Of a stretch of 64,000 nt of DNA, positions 50,372 to 59,352 are shown in pieces. Source of the stretch: Abditibacterium sp. Its GTDB lineage: Bacteria; Armatimonadota; Abditibacteriia; Abditibacteriales; Abditibacteriaceae. A model generated the notes under the pieces. It was not told the DNA's origin, searched no databases, and was given only the letters and a program-made list of their open reading frames with translations. Within the stretch, counting starts at the first letter, position 1. Each line of letters begins with the position of its first letter. The position numbers and the translations under genes were made by a program. Location of the stretch: positions 288,001 to 352,000 of the forward strand of contig OZ251992.1 of assembly GCA_965246885.1 (NCBI GenBank). The letters run 5' to 3'.

Positions 50372-51430
50372 ATGACCCGCACCACTTCCAACACCATGAC
50401 CGGCGCCGTTTTGCCGGGAAACAGCACCGTCGAACTGCGCCCATTCCCGATTCCCGAACCGGGCGCGGGGCAGGTGCGCATCGCCATGAAAGCCAGTTCC
50501 ATTTGCGGCAGCGACATCCGCGCCATCTACCGCGCGCACTTAGGCAGTGGCCCGGAAGGGTATCAGCCCGGCACCGTCGCGGGGCACGAGCCGTGCGGCC
50601 AGATCGAGGCGGTCGGGCCGGACGTGACCCGCTTCCAAGTCGGCGACCGCGTGGTCGTTTACCACATCGGCGGATGCGGCCTGTGCGCCAACTGCCGCGC
50701 CGGATGGATGATCTCGTGCCACTCGCCCATGCGCGCGGCGTACGGCTGGCAGCGCAACGGCGGACATGCGCCGTTTCTGCTCGCGGATGAGCGCGTGTTG
50801 GTCGCCTTGCCCGACGCGCTGACGTTTGTAGACGGCGCGATGGTGGCGTGCGGCTTGGGCACGGCTTACGCCGCGTGTTTGCGGGCAGGCGTATCGGGGC
50901 GCGACCGAGTGCTAATTACCGGACTGGGGCCGGTGGGCTTGGGAGCGGCGCTTTTGTGCCGTGCGCTGGGCGCGCAGGTCGTCGGAGTGGAAAGCAACCC
51001 GGCGCGCGTGGAGTTCGCCGCCAGTTTGGGCTTTACGCACGTCGTCGCGCCGGGAGAGAGTGCCCTCGCGGAGCTAATGACGCTCGGCGAGGGGCACGGC
51101 TTCGAGGTCGGGATAGATTGTTCGGGCGCGGGCGCGGCGCGGCACTTGTTGTTGGAAGCGGCGCGCGAGTGGGGCCGCGTGGTGTTCGTGGGCGAGGGCG
51201 GGACGGTTACGTTCGAGCCGTCGCCGCTTCTGATTCACAAGCAACTGACACTGCACGGCTCGTGGGTGTGCTCCATCGGGCAGATGGAGGAGTTGGTCGA
51301 GCAGTTGGCGAAGTGGGGCTTGCATCCCGAAGTGTTGGTCACGCACCGCTTCGCCTTGGAACAGGCGGACGAGGCATACGAACTGTTTGCGTCGGGGCAG
51401 TCCGGCAAGGTCGCCTTCGTGTGGGAATAA
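50372..51430 (+). CDS. Zinc-binding (MDR) alcohol/polyol dehydrogenase
   Basis: ICGSD, GHE, GCG.C..C..G...C, GLGPVG. Confidence 0.92.
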   Translation: MTRTTSNTMTGAVLPGNSTVELRPFPIPEPGAGQVRIAMKASSICGSDIRAIYRAHLGSGPEGYQPGTVAGHEPCGQIEAVGPDVTRFQVGDRVVVYHIGGCGLCANCRAGWMISCHSPMRAAYGWQRNGGHAPFLLADERVLVALPDALTFVDGAMVACGLGTAYAACLRAGVSGRDRVLITGLGPVGLGAALLCRALGAQVVGVESNPARVEFAASLGFTHVVAPGESALAELMTLGEGHGFEVGIDCSGAGAARHLLLEAAREWGRVVFVGEGGTVTFEPSPLLIHKQLTLHGSWVCSIGQMEELVEQLAKWGLHPEVLVTHRFALEQADEAYELFASGQSGKVAFVWE

Positions 51431-51450
51431 TCCCCACCCGCGTCGGGGCG

Positions 51451-52266
51451 TTACTGCGGTTCGGCTGCGACGGGGTTGGACAGGGCGCCGATGGATTCGA
51501 TTTCAACGGTCACGAGGTCGCCGGGCGCGAGCCAGACGGGGGGCTTGCGCGCCATGCCGACGCCGTGCGGGGTGCCGGTGAGTATCACGGTGCCGGGAAG
51601 GAGCGTGGTGGAGCCGCTCAAAAACTCGATGAGCGCCGGGACATCGAAGATCATATCGCGGGTGTTCCAGTCCTGCATGGTCTGCCCGTTGAGAACCGTC
51701 TTGATTTGGAGGGCGTTCGGGTCGGGAATGTCGTCGCGCGTGACTAAGCAGGGGCCAAGCGGCGCGAAGGTGTCGAAGGTCTTGCCCCGGCACCATTGCC
51801 CGCCGCCGCGCTTGATTTGCCAGTCGCGCGCGCTCACGTCGTTGGCCGCCGTATAGCCCAACACGTAATCGAGGGCGTTCTCGCGCCGCACGTTCTTGCA
51901 GGCTTTGCCGATGACGACGGCCAACTCGCACTCGTAATCTACCTCGTCGGAGCGCAGATAGGCGGGAAGCAGGATGGGGTCGTCGGGGTTCTGCACAGCA
52001 TTGATGCCCTTCAGGAAGAGGATGGGATATTCCGGGATGGCGGCGCCGCTTTCCGCCGCGTGGTGGCGGTAGTTGAGGCCGATGCAGAACAAACCCGTCG
52101 GCGCAACGGGTGCCAGCACTTTACGGACGTCCGCGATGCGCGCGGAAACGCGGAAGTCGCCGTAAAGGTCGCCTTCAAGCTCGGCGTATTCGGCCCCCTC
52201 GCGTTGCGGGACGTACGCGGCATACCCGATGCGCCCCTGCCCGTCTTGGTAGCGAATGATTTTCAT
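51451..52266 (-). CDS. Fumarylacetoacetate hydrolase family protein
   Basis: CIGLNY..H, DYECELAVVIGK, NDVSARD, GKTFDTF.PLGP, TGTPHGVG. Confidence 0.93.
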   Translation of the reverse strand: MKIIRYQDGQGRIGYAAYVPQREGAEYAELEGDLYGDFRVSARIADVRKVLAPVAPTGLFCIGLNYRHHAAESGAAIPEYPILFLKGINAVQNPDDPILLPAYLRSDEVDYECELAVVIGKACKNVRRENALDYVLGYTAANDVSARDWQIKRGGGQWCRGKTFDTFAPLGPCLVTRDDIPDPNALQIKTVLNGQTMQDWNTRDMIFDVPALIEFLSGSTTLLPGTVILTGTPHGVGMARKPPVWLAPGDLVTVEIESIGALSNPVAAEPQ

Positions 52267-52307
52267 GGGATATAAGATTACTCTGCTCCCACAGGATAGC
52301 CATCCGG

Positions 52308-55300
52308 CTACCCGGCCTTAGCCGCCGTAAGCGCGAGCAACGCCGGGACGCCGCGCCGGTCGGCGCCGTAGCCGAAGTCAATGGTCGTGATTTCCACGTC
52401 GGGACGCGGGTTGTTCCACTGCATCGAATACGCGACGGCGCTTTGGTCAGTTCCGGCATAGGGCGCCACCCACGCGACCTGCGCGCCCGGAAGCGCCGCA
52501 ACAGGCGCGCTCTGCTTGTACGAATCCACATTCACTTGCGAGTAGACCGGGATGTTGACCGTTTGGCCGTCGGCGTAGTGGACGGTGTAGCGCGCCATTT
52601 CAAAGCGGCGACCATTCTTGCGGTCGTCGTCGTTCATCGGGCTGTCAATGCGCGCGGCCTGCAAGAAGAACAGCGCGTCCGCCTTCTGGCCGACCGGAAT
52701 ACCGCTCACATGGTCGGCCAGATTGCCCGGAACGCCGCCCCCACCGAGGATGACCGCCGTCGGCACGGGCGAAGTCTTGAAGTCGTAAATGTTGTAGCGC
52801 ACCCCCGCGAAGGTCTGGGCGCCCGTTGGCAACGCCGCGAAAGAGAAAGCCCGGTCGCCGAACCACCCCCCTTCTCCCCGGTAAGCGTTCGCCGCTTTGC
52901 CCAAGTCAACCGGCGTATACGCGAGGTTCGCTCCCGCGATGATGGTTTTCCCGCCGCTAAAGGGCGCGTGCAGATTGCGCAACAGGGCCGCCAGAATCGC
53001 CCGCTTTTTGCCCATGTTCTCCGGCACCGCTTCCGTATCCTTGTACAACACATTGTTCAGCACGAGGCCGCCCGGCCCTTGCGGGTATTCGACGAGCGCC
53101 CCGATGTTGAGCAGGGGCCGCACCTTTTGCGCGAAGTCGGCGGGTCGTTGGGCGAAAAGGGAAATGTTGTCAATGCCCAAATTCGGCGTAACGCTGGGAC
53201 GGGTTTCCCAGCCCGCGAGTTGCAGCGTGATGTCTTTGGCGCGGCGCGGCGGGTTGATGTCGAAAGTCTGCGCTTCGCCGTTAGGCACCGTGTTGAACGT
53301 GACCGTCCCATCGGGGAACACGAGGTTCACCTTGGTCGAGGCGAAGTAGTTCGTGTTGCCAATCCACGTCCAACGGCGGATGGTCTCCTCCTTCGGCAGG
53401 GAGATGGGGATGTCGAACGGCTTGCCGTCCTTGGGCGCGTCGAAGTTGATGATAAGGGGCCAGCCGTCGGCGTTGGTGAAGTTGTTGACGATGTTGCCAT
53501 ACGCCCAAAACGGCGACTTGCCAAACGGCGCGACGTCCTCCAAGTCCACGACATACGAAAAGGCGTCCTCGGCGGGATACTCCCCGGCCTGCCAGTCGAA
53601 GATGCGCTTGCCGCTTCCCATCACGATGTCCGAGGTGGACAGCCCCGCCGTGATGGGGCTACGCACCGCCGGAAACGTGACCTTCTCGCGCCCAAAGGGG
53701 CGCAGAACGTGGTTGAAGCCGACCAGCGTGTTGTACGCGGCGAGGCCATCCGGCGTCAGGTTGTTGAACACAATCCAGCCGCCGCCCGAAGTAAACGCCT
53801 TGACTTTGACGGTGTTGGCGGCGAGCGCCTGCAAATTGGCGGGCGAAGCGTCCATCACGGCAACCGAGCCGGACTTATTCAAGGCGGCGAGGGCATCCCC
53901 GGCCTTCTCGTATTGCACGCCGAGCGCGTCCATCGCTTTGGCAAGCGGCGCGTTGTCGCTTGCCACGAGGGTGACGGGATGAAAGACCAGCTTGTAGCTC
54001 GCGCCGTAGCCAATCATGTTCGCCAGCAGTTGCGCCGCGACGGGATTAGTGCCGAGCTTTTCGCCCACTGTCAGTTGCGACAACAGCATTAACCCCTGCC
54101 CCGCCGGAACTTCCACCAAGGCCGTCGAGCGCAGTCCGTCCTCGACCTGCAACAACGAGCGCCCGCCACTCGTGGGTTTGTCGTAGGCGTTGCGATACAA
54201 GACCGAGTCCGGCCCCCACGTTTGGAAGTCGCGCGCCCTCAGGCCGCGAAACACCGGATTGTCCAAGTCTTCGGGAAAGCCGATGCGCCCCTCGTTGCTT
54301 CCCGTCGCCATTTGCGCGGGCGTCGCTTGATAATGGAGCGGGTTCTTTTGCTCCAACACAATCACCGTCCGTCCGCTCGCCGCCCACGCCGCGAGCGCGC
54401 TCGATGTGCTCTGCGCCGCATCGAGCGCGTCTTTGCCGACGACCAGCACCTTGCCCGCATCGGGCAAGCTGTCCAGCCCCGCCAGCGCGGTGAACGGCAC
54501 CGACCGGCTTTGCAAAAACGCTTTCACCGTTCCAAGCGGATCGAATACCAGCAGGCCAGTCGCCGCCGTCCGCGAGCCAGTGACAGACGTGCGGGAATGG
54601 ATGGCGGACGTCTGGGACGCGACGACAGACGTGCGGGAATGAATGGCGGACGTCTGAAACTCATTCCCGGACGTCTGTCGAGCAGTGACGGATGTCTGGG
54701 AATGGACGGCGGACGCCGCTACTCGCACCGGGGGAAGAACGGACAGGGGCTTTTCGTCGCGGAACACTTCGCGTCCGTCTTTGGATAGCGAAAGCAGCAG
54801 CGTCCCCTCTTGGCGGGCGGCAACCGTCGGCATCGGGAGGGTGTCGTCGAACTTGCGGTTGGAGCCGGGCGCAAGAGTGGCCAGCGTGGTCTTGGACGCG
54901 ACCTTCTTGCCGTCAAGGGTGAGCGTCCACGTGAAGGAAAGCGGCTGCGTTTCGTGCGTGTCGTTGAAGATGCCGTAGGTGCGCTTGACCTTTTGGCCGG
55001 AGCCGAAGGAGGAGTCCCACTGGCGTTGCAAAACGGCGATGGGTTGCCACGAGTTGTAATACGCGCCGTCGGCGCTGCCCCACAGATGGAAAGCGGCGAC
55101 GCCGCTCCAGCGCATGCCCTCGGTCAGCATTTTGGAAATCAGGCCAACAGCCGGGCGCGCTTCGGCTTTGCCGAGCATGGCGCTCTCGCCACCTGCCGCC
55201 GCGAGCGTGGACAGGTTGTAGCCGTTGGAGTAAAAGACCTCGCCGAAAAAGAGCGGCTTTTGTTTTGTGATGGGCCAGCCCTGCGCGTGCGCGATTTGGG

Positions 55301-57446
55301 CGGACGGGAAGCCGAGGTTGTAACCCCAGTCGGGCAGTTGGCCCATTCCCGGCTCGATGTAGTGGATGCCGTAAACGGGCAAGGACTCATCGCCCAGCGC
55401 GTTGCCGCCGTCTAGCATCTGGGGGCGCGTCGGGTCAACTTGAGCGACGAGGTCGGCGCCCGTCTTGATGAACGGCGCGCTTTGCGGGGTGGGGCCGCGC
55501 CCGCGCCCGTCGTTGTCGTTGATGTAGGTGACTTCGTTCTCGATGCTCCAGATAAAGATGGAGGGGTGGTTGCGCTGCCCCTTGGCCCAAGCCGCGAGTT
55601 GGGTGTGCCAGTTGGCGAACAGCGCGGGGGTCAGGGTGTAATTGACGCCCTCGCCATCGAAAATGCCGGTGCGCCGCACGTTCATGCCGTGCGCGTCGAA
55701 AAAGTCGAGCGCCGCTTCGGGCGAAGCCAGTTCGTGCCAGCCGCCTTCGCCCCACAAGCGCACCATGTTGATGCCGCGCTTTTTAAGGCCCGCCAAGTCG
55801 CTTTGGGCATCGCTTCCAAACGAGGCGGTGTCGGCGCGGCCATACCAGTTGACGCCGTTGAGCTTGAAATCCGTGCCGCTCCAATCCCACTCGCGGAAGC
55901 CGAACTTGGTGGCGCGCTCGTCTACAGGCTTGCCACCATCGGCGAGGGTGGTGACGACTTGGTACTGCTGCGGGTGCGCGTCGTCGGGCCACCATAGTTT
56001 CGGGTTGGCCCACGCTTCGCTGAGCTTGACGACCTGCTCGGAGTTGGGCGCGAGGGTGACGGTGCGCGGCGCAAAGGTCTTCTCGGCTTTGCCGCCGCCC
56101 AACGGCACGACTTCGTTGCCCACGCTCACGGTGAGCGGCGCATCGGTCGGGTTATTAAGCGTGACTTCCAAGCCGAGGGTCTTGTTTTTGACCGAGGGAA
56201 TGGCGAAGACGTCCGAAGCATAGGCGCGGCCCGCCACGACAAGGGTGGGGGTTTGCAGGATGCCGTTGTCGGCGTGGTTCCACACGGGAAAATCGAACGC
56301 TTGCGAGATAAAGTTCTTCGAGGTAATCCAGTCGGTGGGAATGACAAAGCGGGTGCGCGCGTTGTTACCGCCGTCGGGCGTCAGGCCATAGTAGGTGTCC
56401 TTGATGCCAACCCACACTTCGTTGGTCTGGCCGGGTTTAATCGCTTTAGTGACGTCGCAATCCCACACCGCCAAGGGCGCTTTCGTCGTGCCGCACAGTT
56501 GCCCGTTGACGAAAACGCTGCCCAACATGTTGACGGCGGGCAAGTGCAACACGAACGAGCGGCCCGCCGCTTCTGCGGGAACCGCGACGCGCGTCCGCAA
56601 AAAGTAGCGGTGCGCGAAGGTGAGATCGGGGCGCTCGCGGTTGCGGTCGCCCGGCACGGCCATCGCGCGCCAGTTCAAGGTATCGGCGGCGGGCGCGGTG
56701 CGGATCGGCTCCGTCCTGTCCTGAACGAGGCCCTCGTCCCAGCGCCCGATTTGCCATTGCCCCGCGAGCGAGGTCGCCGTTTGAGCCGCGCCATCGGGCG
56801 CCTTCAAGGAGAACACCTGCGCTCCCGCCGCGCGGTCGGCGTCGGTCTGCCAACCCTTATCGCCCGGCTTGAACTTGCCGTTGGGGTGCCAGTCGCCCTT
56901 CACGACGGCGAGGGCGTCACCCACGTAGTGAATCTTTTGTGGTTTGCCGTCGGCGCCGTGCGCGTTGATGCGAATACGGAGGGTGTGCTTGCCCGCCGTC
57001 AAGTCCGCCTCGCCCATCGAAAGCCACGAGATGTGCGTCCAAAACGCGAGTTCCGTCAGGTCAAAGGTGGGGGCGTCGCGCCCGACCGACTGCCACGCGC
57101 CGCCGTCTACTTGGAAATCGAACGGCGGGCGGTCTACCTCGAAACCCAAACGGTTCCAGAAATGATAGTGCCCCGCCGAGGGCGCGCTGAAATCGTAGTC
57201 GAGCAACACGCCCTCTTTGGGGACGGTCTTTTCGACATCCTTGTCTTCTATATTGACGTTTAGCCAAGCATCGCCCGACATCGCGCCGCCAAAAGCATCG
57301 GCCTTGACGGGAACGTTGGCGTGCGTGGGCGCTTCGCCCTCAATCCAAGCGAAATCGGCGGCGTTCGCCGCTTTGCTCGCGCCGATGCCAAGGAACAAAA
57401 CCAAAGCCGCCCATCGGCGCGCGGAAGAAGTGCGAGGAGTATTCAT
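52308..57446 (-). CDS. Large secreted GH2-like glycoside hydrolase (multi-domain)
   Basis: Signal peptide after ATG 57446; VFVNGQ, PKLWWP, KFGFRE, RNHPSIFIWSIENE, DPTRP; C-terminal WNNPRPD module. Confidence 0.82.
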   Translation of the reverse strand: MNTPRTSSARRWAALVLFLGIGASKAANAADFAWIEGEAPTHANVPVKADAFGGAMSGDAWLNVNIEDKDVEKTVPKEGVLLDYDFSAPSAGHYHFWNRLGFEVDRPPFDFQVDGGAWQSVGRDAPTFDLTELAFWTHISWLSMGEADLTAGKHTLRIRINAHGADGKPQKIHYVGDALAVVKGDWHPNGKFKPGDKGWQTDADRAAGAQVFSLKAPDGAAQTATSLAGQWQIGRWDEGLVQDRTEPIRTAPAADTLNWRAMAVPGDRNRERPDLTFAHRYFLRTRVAVPAEAAGRSFVLHLPAVNMLGSVFVNGQLCGTTKAPLAVWDCDVTKAIKPGQTNEVWVGIKDTYYGLTPDGGNNARTRFVIPTDWITSKNFISQAFDFPVWNHADNGILQTPTLVVAGRAYASDVFAIPSVKNKTLGLEVTLNNPTDAPLTVSVGNEVVPLGGGKAEKTFAPRTVTLAPNSEQVVKLSEAWANPKLWWPDDAHPQQYQVVTTLADGGKPVDERATKFGFREWDWSGTDFKLNGVNWYGRADTASFGSDAQSDLAGLKKRGINMVRLWGEGGWHELASPEAALDFFDAHGMNVRRTGIFDGEGVNYTLTPALFANWHTQLAAWAKGQRNHPSIFIWSIENEVTYINDNDGRGRGPTPQSAPFIKTGADLVAQVDPTRPQMLDGGNALGDESLPVYGIHYIEPGMGQLPDWGYNLGFPSAQIAHAQGWPITKQKPLFFGEVFYSNGYNLSTLAAAGGESAMLGKAEARPAVGLISKMLTEGMRWSGVAAFHLWGSADGAYYNSWQPIAVLQRQWDSSFGSGQKVKRTYGIFNDTHETQPLSFTWTLTLDGKKVASKTTLATLAPGSNRKFDDTLPMPTVAARQEGTLLLSLSKDGREVFRDEKPLSVLPPVRVAASAVHSQTSVTARQTSGNEFQTSAIHSRTSVVASQTSAIHSRTSVTGSRTAATGLLVFDPLGTVKAFLQSRSVPFTALAGLDSLPDAGKVLVVGKDALDAAQSTSSALAAWAASGRTVIVLEQKNPLHYQATPAQMATGSNEGRIGFPEDLDNPVFRGLRARDFQTWGPDSVLYRNAYDKPTSGGRSLLQVEDGLRSTALVEVPAGQGLMLLSQLTVGEKLGTNPVAAQLLANMIGYGASYKLVFHPVTLVASDNAPLAKAMDALGVQYEKAGDALAALNKSGSVAVMDASPANLQALAANTVKVKAFTSGGGWIVFNNLTPDGLAAYNTLVGFNHVLRPFGREKVTFPAVRSPITAGLSTSDIVMGSGKRIFDWQAGEYPAEDAFSYVVDLEDVAPFGKSPFWAYGNIVNNFTNADGWPLIINFDAPKDGKPFDIPISLPKEETIRRWTWIGNTNYFASTKVNLVFPDGTVTFNTVPNGEAQTFDINPPRRAKDITLQLAGWETRPSVTPNLGIDNISLFAQRPADFAQKVRPLLNIGALVEYPQGPGGLVLNNVLYKDTEAVPENMGKKRAILAALLRNLHAPFSGGKTIIAGANLAYTPVDLGKAANAYRGEGGWFGDRAFSFAALPTGAQTFAGVRYNIYDFKTSPVPTAVILGGGGVPGNLADHVSGIPVGQKADALFFLQAARIDSPMNDDDRKNGRRFEMARYTVHYADGQTVNIPVYSQVNVDSYKQSAPVAALPGAQVAWVAPYAGTDQSAVAYSMQWNNPRPDVEITTIDFGYGADRRGVPALLALTAAKAG
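54561..54720 (-). repeat. 21-bp CAGACGTC-family array inserted in frame inside the GH2-like CDS
   Basis: Encodes HSQTSVT ARQTSGN EFQTSAI HSRTSVV ASQTSAI HSRTSVT GSRTAAT; DNA units match the 41.4-kb array. Confidence 0.85.
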
Positions 57447-57569
57447 TACGGGTGTTGAAACGGCCCACCAAACGGAGCACCGCGAACTGTTAGACCCAGC
57501 GCGCTCGCTTCCGGTTCGCCGATAAACGTAGTGTTTCAGAATTGCGAATACGGTGCGAGCGCAAGCGCC

Positions 57570-57598
57570 ACCCGCGACGAAGAACACGACTTCCCGCC
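57570..57598 (+). repeat. 29-bp cassette-boundary repeat, copy A
   Basis: ACCCGCGACGAAGAACACGACTTCCCGCC; copies at 58244, 58507, 59197. Confidence 0.85.
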
Positions 57599-57600
57599 GA

Positions 57601-57981
57601 TTAGGGGTAGGGCAACAGGTTCAAGCCGCCAATGAATTTGTAGTCGCGCTGGTTTTTGGAGATGAGCGGTTCGCCGTGAATGAGAGCCGTTGCTGCGATG
57701 AGGCTGTCGGCGATGAGTAAGCCGTGACTAAGGCGGTAAAGACGCAGCAACTCGACCGACTTGTCCGAGACCGCTTCGTCCAACGGCAGAATTTGGAACT
57801 GCTTCAGGAACCCGTCGAGGGCGCCGAGTTCGCCCTTGTTGCGGACGCCGACCAAAAGTTCCATCTGCGTCACAACACTGATGGCGGGGGAGGAGTTCTG
57901 CTGGATGCCCTTCAAACAATCGAGCGCCTCTGGGCCGCCGCGTCCGGCATCAATGAGAATGTCGGTGTCAATGAGGGTCAC
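57601..57981 (-). CDS. vapC: VapC-family PIN-domain toxin
   Basis: LIDTDILID, SVVTQMELLVG, ADSLIAATAL, SKNQRDY; GTGA overlap with antitoxin. Confidence 0.9.
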   Translation of the reverse strand: MTLIDTDILIDAGRGGPEALDCLKGIQQNSSPAISVVTQMELLVGVRNKGELGALDGFLKQFQILPLDEAVSDKSVELLRLYRLSHGLLIADSLIAATALIHGEPLISKNQRDYKFIGGLNLLPYP

Positions 57982-58208
57982 GATTCGCCCCACTCCGAGC
58001 GGCGCAACTCGCGCACGAACCCGGTGCTGTCTTCCATCTCGCCCCGGTCGCGCCACATTCCGATGAACGGCTCGTCTTCCAGAGGTGCGGACGGTGCCAC
58101 CGCCGCCCGCGCGTGTTTGAAGCGCAAAAACGCGACGAACTCATCCACTTGGCGCCGCGCTTCGGGCGGCAACGCGCCATATTCTTCCGTGATACTCTGG
58201 GCTGTCAT
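57978..58208 (-). CDS. Putative antitoxin (DUF2281-like)
   Basis: LPPEARRQVDEFVAFL...FIGMWRDR..M; directly upstream of the PIN gene. Confidence 0.8.
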   Translation of the reverse strand: MTAQSITEEYGALPPEARRQVDEFVAFLRFKHARAAVAPSAPLEDEPFIGMWRDRGEMEDSTGFVRELRRSEWGES

Positions 58209-58243
58209 GCCTTCCAGTGTGGCCCAAACAAAACCGAACTTCA

Positions 58244-58272
58244 ACCCGCGCCGAAGAACACCCCCTCCCGCC
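58244..58272 (+). repeat. 29-bp cassette-boundary repeat, copy B
   Basis: 25/29 identical to copy A. Confidence 0.8.
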
Positions 58273-58287
58273 CGGAACAGCGCGCAA

Positions 58288-58471
58288 CTTGCCTTGGCCA
58301 ACTGTCAGTTGGCCTTGGCCGATTGTCGTTTGGCCTTGGCCAACCCACTTAATTACTTGGCCAGTTGGCAATTGGCCAACTCATGTCGCCAGTTGACCAA
58401 GGTGCGCCCGCAGTTGGCCAAGGCCAAACGAGACAATCGGCCAAGGCGAACTGACAGTTGGCCAAGGCAAG
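58288..58471. repeat. Foldback element of 21-bp TTGGCC units with about 57-bp inverted arms
   Basis: 58288-58344 matches the reverse complement of 58413-58471 with one mismatch and a 2-nt indel. Confidence 0.9.
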
Positions 58472-58506
58472 ATTTGACCTCCTCAGTCGTCGGAGCATGG
58501 CTCCGG

Positions 58507-58614
58507 GCCAATGGAGAAGAACACCCTTTCCCGCCCGGCCAATGGGAAGTCGTCGTTTCCGCCACCAACGCCGCCGGAGATGGCCCGATGTCCAACACCG
58601 TCACCGTCACGTGA
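58507..58614 (+). pseudogene. Fibronectin type III C-terminal gene remnant 1 (contains boundary repeat copy C)
   Basis: EEHPFPPGQWEVVVSATNAAGDGPMSNTVTVT*. Confidence 0.65.
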
Positions 58615-58626
58615 ACCACGAAACAA

Positions 58627-58656
58627 AACGGCCCGCCAAGAAATTGGCGGGCTGTT
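58627..58656. terminator. Bidirectional terminator-like hairpin
   Basis: AACGGCCCGCCAA-GAAA-TTGGCGGGCTGTT between convergent ends. Confidence 0.7.
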
Positions 58657-58662
58657 GTTGGG

Positions 58663-58959
58663 TCAAAAGCGCCAACTCGTCGGGTCGCTCCGGTCGTGGT
58701 AACAGGCGATGATCGTGACTGTGTTTCGCGCCGCGTCGAAGACGGAAAACAGCGAGTAGGGCGCGCGTCGCAGCACCAATCGGCGCACATCGTCAGCCCA
58801 CATTACGCCCGATTCGGGGAATTGTGCGAGTTGCTCGACCTTGACATCCACCGCGTCCCAAAAATCGCGCACCGAATTGGACGACCGCTCGGCCAACTCT
58901 TGCGTGATGTCCTCAATTTGCTTTTCGGCGCGGCGCAAGAACAAGACGGTGGCGCTCAT
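58663..58959 (-). CDS. RelE/ParE-family toxin
   Basis: AEKQIEDI, LAQFPESG, VRRLVLRRAPYSLF, IIACYHDRSDP. Confidence 0.88.
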   Translation of the reverse strand: MSATVLFLRRAEKQIEDITQELAERSSNSVRDFWDAVDVKVEQLAQFPESGVMWADDVRRLVLRRAPYSLFSVFDAARNTVTIIACYHDRSDPTSWRF

Positions 58960-59174
58960 ATTCGGGCCAGCAACTGCGCTTTGATGTCGCTCCAAGGCCG
59001 CGCGTCGTGCGGGTTCTCGCGGTATTCGCGGATGGCCTCGCGCAAGTCGGCTTCCTGTTCGGGCGACAAGGGCGGCACTTCTTCTGTGGTCAGTCGCTCG
59101 ATAACCTCGACACGCGCGGCGTCATCCAATTCCATCACGGCTTCAAAGACTTGCTCTTTGGTCAAAACAGGCAT
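58956..59174 (-). CDS. Addiction-module antitoxin
   Basis: 72-aa acidic protein, LSPEQ...RPWSDIKAQL; ATGA overlap with toxin. Confidence 0.85.
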   Translation of the reverse strand: MPVLTKEQVFEAVMELDDAARVEVIERLTTEEVPPLSPEQEADLREAIREYRENPHDARPWSDIKAQLLARI

Positions 59175-59196
59175 ACCTTTATTTTACCCCGCCCAA

Positions 59197-59310
59197 ACCC
59201 GCGACGAAGAACCCGACTTGCCGCCAGGAACAGGGGAAGTCGTCGTCCTCGCCACCAACGCGGCGGGCGATGGCCCCTATTCCAACAGCGTCATCGTGAC
59301 GGTTGGGTGA
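59197..59310 (+). pseudogene. Fibronectin type III C-terminal gene remnant 2 (starts with boundary repeat copy D)
   Basis: TRDEEPDLPPGTGEVVVLATNAAGDGPYSNSVIVTVG*; copy D is 27/29 identical to copy A. Confidence 0.65.
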
Positions 59311-59322
59311 ACCACGAAACGA

Positions 59323-59352
59323 AACAGCCCGCCGAGAAATTGGCGGGTTGTT
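59323..59352. terminator. Terminator-like hairpin, duplicate of 58627-58656
   Basis: AACAGCCCGCCGA-GAAA-TTGGCGGGTTGTT. Confidence 0.7.

Noticed and set aside
12690..58471. 21-bp arrays as CRISPR arrays
   Set aside because: The period is too short, the cores are only about 10 nt and degenerate, the variable parts resemble each other, and no cas genes are in the window.
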